This document shows positions 61,965-64,000 of a DNA stretch of 64,000 nucleotides, one piece after another. The DNA comes from Octopus sinensis (lineage: Eukaryota), in contig NC_043006.1 in the NCBI RefSeq assembly GCF_006345805.1, positions 75,144,001-75,208,000 on the forward strand. Reading direction: 5' to 3'. The position numbers and the translations under genes were made by a program. The notes beneath the pieces were generated by a model. The model was given only the letters and a program-made list of their open reading frames with translations, searched no databases and was not told the origin of the DNA. The stretch's first letter is position 1, and the number at the start of each line of letters is the position of its first letter.

Positions 61965-62688
61965 GTGGTGGTTTGATTGAGTCGTTAGCTTGTCGAATGG
62001 AGCTTGGACCCCCAGAAGTCTTATATGGATCCTCAGGGACCCATATGAACCCAGGTTGAGAACCACTGTTCTAGATAATATGTATACCTGAAAGCAAGGT
62101 GGGACAATCATGGCTGGCTTGGAAAAAAGTCTTTCATCCTATGTCTGTTTATTGAAGGGTGATCTGGAGAAGGAATGGGATTGGGGTGGTGGGTAGGATG
62201 GATGGGTTGGTGGGGTTGAAATCATTATGAATGTGGTTTAGTTTATCTATATATATAAAACTGAGAATGTCTGTCTGTCTGTGTGAATCCCTAAAACTTG
62301 AGAACTACACAACCAATTTCACTCAAATTTTATTGTTTAATAATTTAGCAAGTTGATTAATTTAACAAAACTGACTGTGAATTCTGGTCATAAAATTAGA
62401 CATTTTGTCTGCATGAGTTTGATTGTGTTTTGTGTGTGTGTTTGCGTGTGTGTGTGTGTGTGTGTGTGTGTGCATGTGGAGTTTTTATGTGGGTTTATGT
62501 ACAAAAAAAAAAAACAGTGGAGATAGAGCAGCTGTTCTTATATTTCTGTCAACATGAGCAGTTGTAAAACGAAGGTTATGGAATGTTGAGAAAGTTCACA
62601 AAATAGTTCAAAAAATTGCTGTGAAAAAGAAGAGGAAGAGGGGGATTATTTTAATAATTTTCTTCTTGCTTGTAGTGATAATAATTAA

Positions 62689-62788
62689 NNNNNNNNNNNN
62701 NNNNNNNNNNNNNNNNNNNNNNNNNNNNNNNNNNNNNNNNNNNNNNNNNNNNNNNNNNNNNNNNNNNNNNNNNNNNNNNNNNNNNNNN
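62689..62788. other. Assembly gap (100 N)
   Basis: Exactly 100 N, the usual placeholder for a gap of unknown size. Confidence 1.
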
Positions 62789-64000
62789 AGAGAAAAGGGA
62801 GAGAGAGAAAGGGGAGAGAGAGAAAGGGGAGAGAGATAGAGATAGAATGAGTAAGAGAGAGTGAGAGGGAAAGAGAAAGAGAGAGCGAGATGAAAAGAAA
62901 CATCAAAATGTCTGATGTCAAGCAAGTCAGCATCAAATCAAAAGACTCGAAGTAGGTGGTACCAAAAACATTGGTTCCAAAATGTCTCATACTAATCAAA
63001 CTGATTACTAAACGCATCCTCCAGATTAAGACCTCCAGGCTCTACTTAAAAAACCAAAATGTGGTTTCAGTATTTTGATACTTCATCAGATCAATTGATC
63101 TCAAGTTCAAATCTTGGTGGGGGAAAAGGTTTATACTATTACATCAAGTCACCTGTGGTTTGTTGCACAACACAAAATTCACTGACTCACTATGCATTTA
63201 TTAGCAATAAATACCATTGTTCATCTGATGAATTTGTAAATGGATGTCTTTGTTAAACCTAAATATAAGTCTTTATGGCCCTACCTTTTTAAATTTTACA
63301 TTACTTTTTAAAAGTTGTAGGTTGATGTCCTAATATCCCAGTTTTAAAAGCTAATGACTCACTCACGGCATAAAGACTGCAAATTGACAAAGGGTTTTCA
63401 TTTTTCTGAGAAAATTGAACTGTTTGATGAAAAGAAATGTGTGTATAATTTGAATAAAACTTGAACTAGACTAGACTGAACAATTATGTAACGAACTTGA
63501 CACAATTAATTTGACACACCTTTTCCAGTTCTCTCTCACACACACAAACAAACTAAAATATGTATGGCTATATATCATGATGTTCATGATCATGTTCGTT
63601 GTCATCATCTTTTTATTGTTGCTTTTTATGCTGATAGGTGTTGGCTAGGTTTTTCATGGCCCAAACCAGTTCTTTTTCATAATTACCACTCCTTAGACAG
63701 GTTAGTAGGTCACCTCCTGCTTTGTGCAATTTAATTTTTGATTTTGATTGGATGTCTTTCATAACACCTGCCTCATTTCCCAGTGTATTGAGTACAATTT
63801 ATTGTGTCACCACCTGTAGAGCAATTGCCACATCCTTGTCAAGACTAGAGGGTCCTCTTAATATCTTACACTAAAACAGCATGTGGCACTTGGTGGAATA
63901 TAATCATGGCACCAGCACTACCCTGGACAGATACAATTATTTTGTCGACTCTTGAAGGATGAAGGGCAAAGTTGACCTCAGCTGGATTTGAACTCAGAGT

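Noticed and set aside
515-62130. Most ORFs in the supplied track (poly-YI, HT, CV, I, H, P)
   Set aside because: They are translations of microsatellites and SINEs with no domain content.
62689-62788. Any feature spanning the N gap
   Set aside because: True distance and adjacency across the gap are unknown.

Overview
Eukaryotic, repeat-saturated genomic DNA. The tRNA-derived SINE families and extreme microsatellite density point to an octopod cephalopod (inference). No complete host gene is supported; one candidate terminal coding exon lies at 28755-28883 (-). The largest feature is a young RTE-clade LINE (35765-42270, -). Its single APE-endonuclease/RT ORF is broken only by five small deletions clustered in ~760 bp. 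It has a PHD-like C4HC3 finger inside the RT region, a hairpin-array 3' UTR and a 5' array of ~610-bp monomers. About a dozen 5'-truncated 3' ends of this family are scattered through the window. Other elements: two mariner relics, one split by a 2.9-kb inverted duplication; two Helitron-type non-autonomous elements; a hAT MITE; a Gypsy gag fragment; CR1-like 3' ends; and dozens of SINEs, several with exact TSDs. Five minus-strand minimal hammerhead ribozyme motifs were found: two look complete, and one degenerate copy sits inside a tRNA-headed SINE. Almost all ORFs in the supplied track are microsatellite artefacts. A 100-N gap lies at 62689-62788. SINE family letters (A1, A2, B, C, D, G, H) are my own labels.
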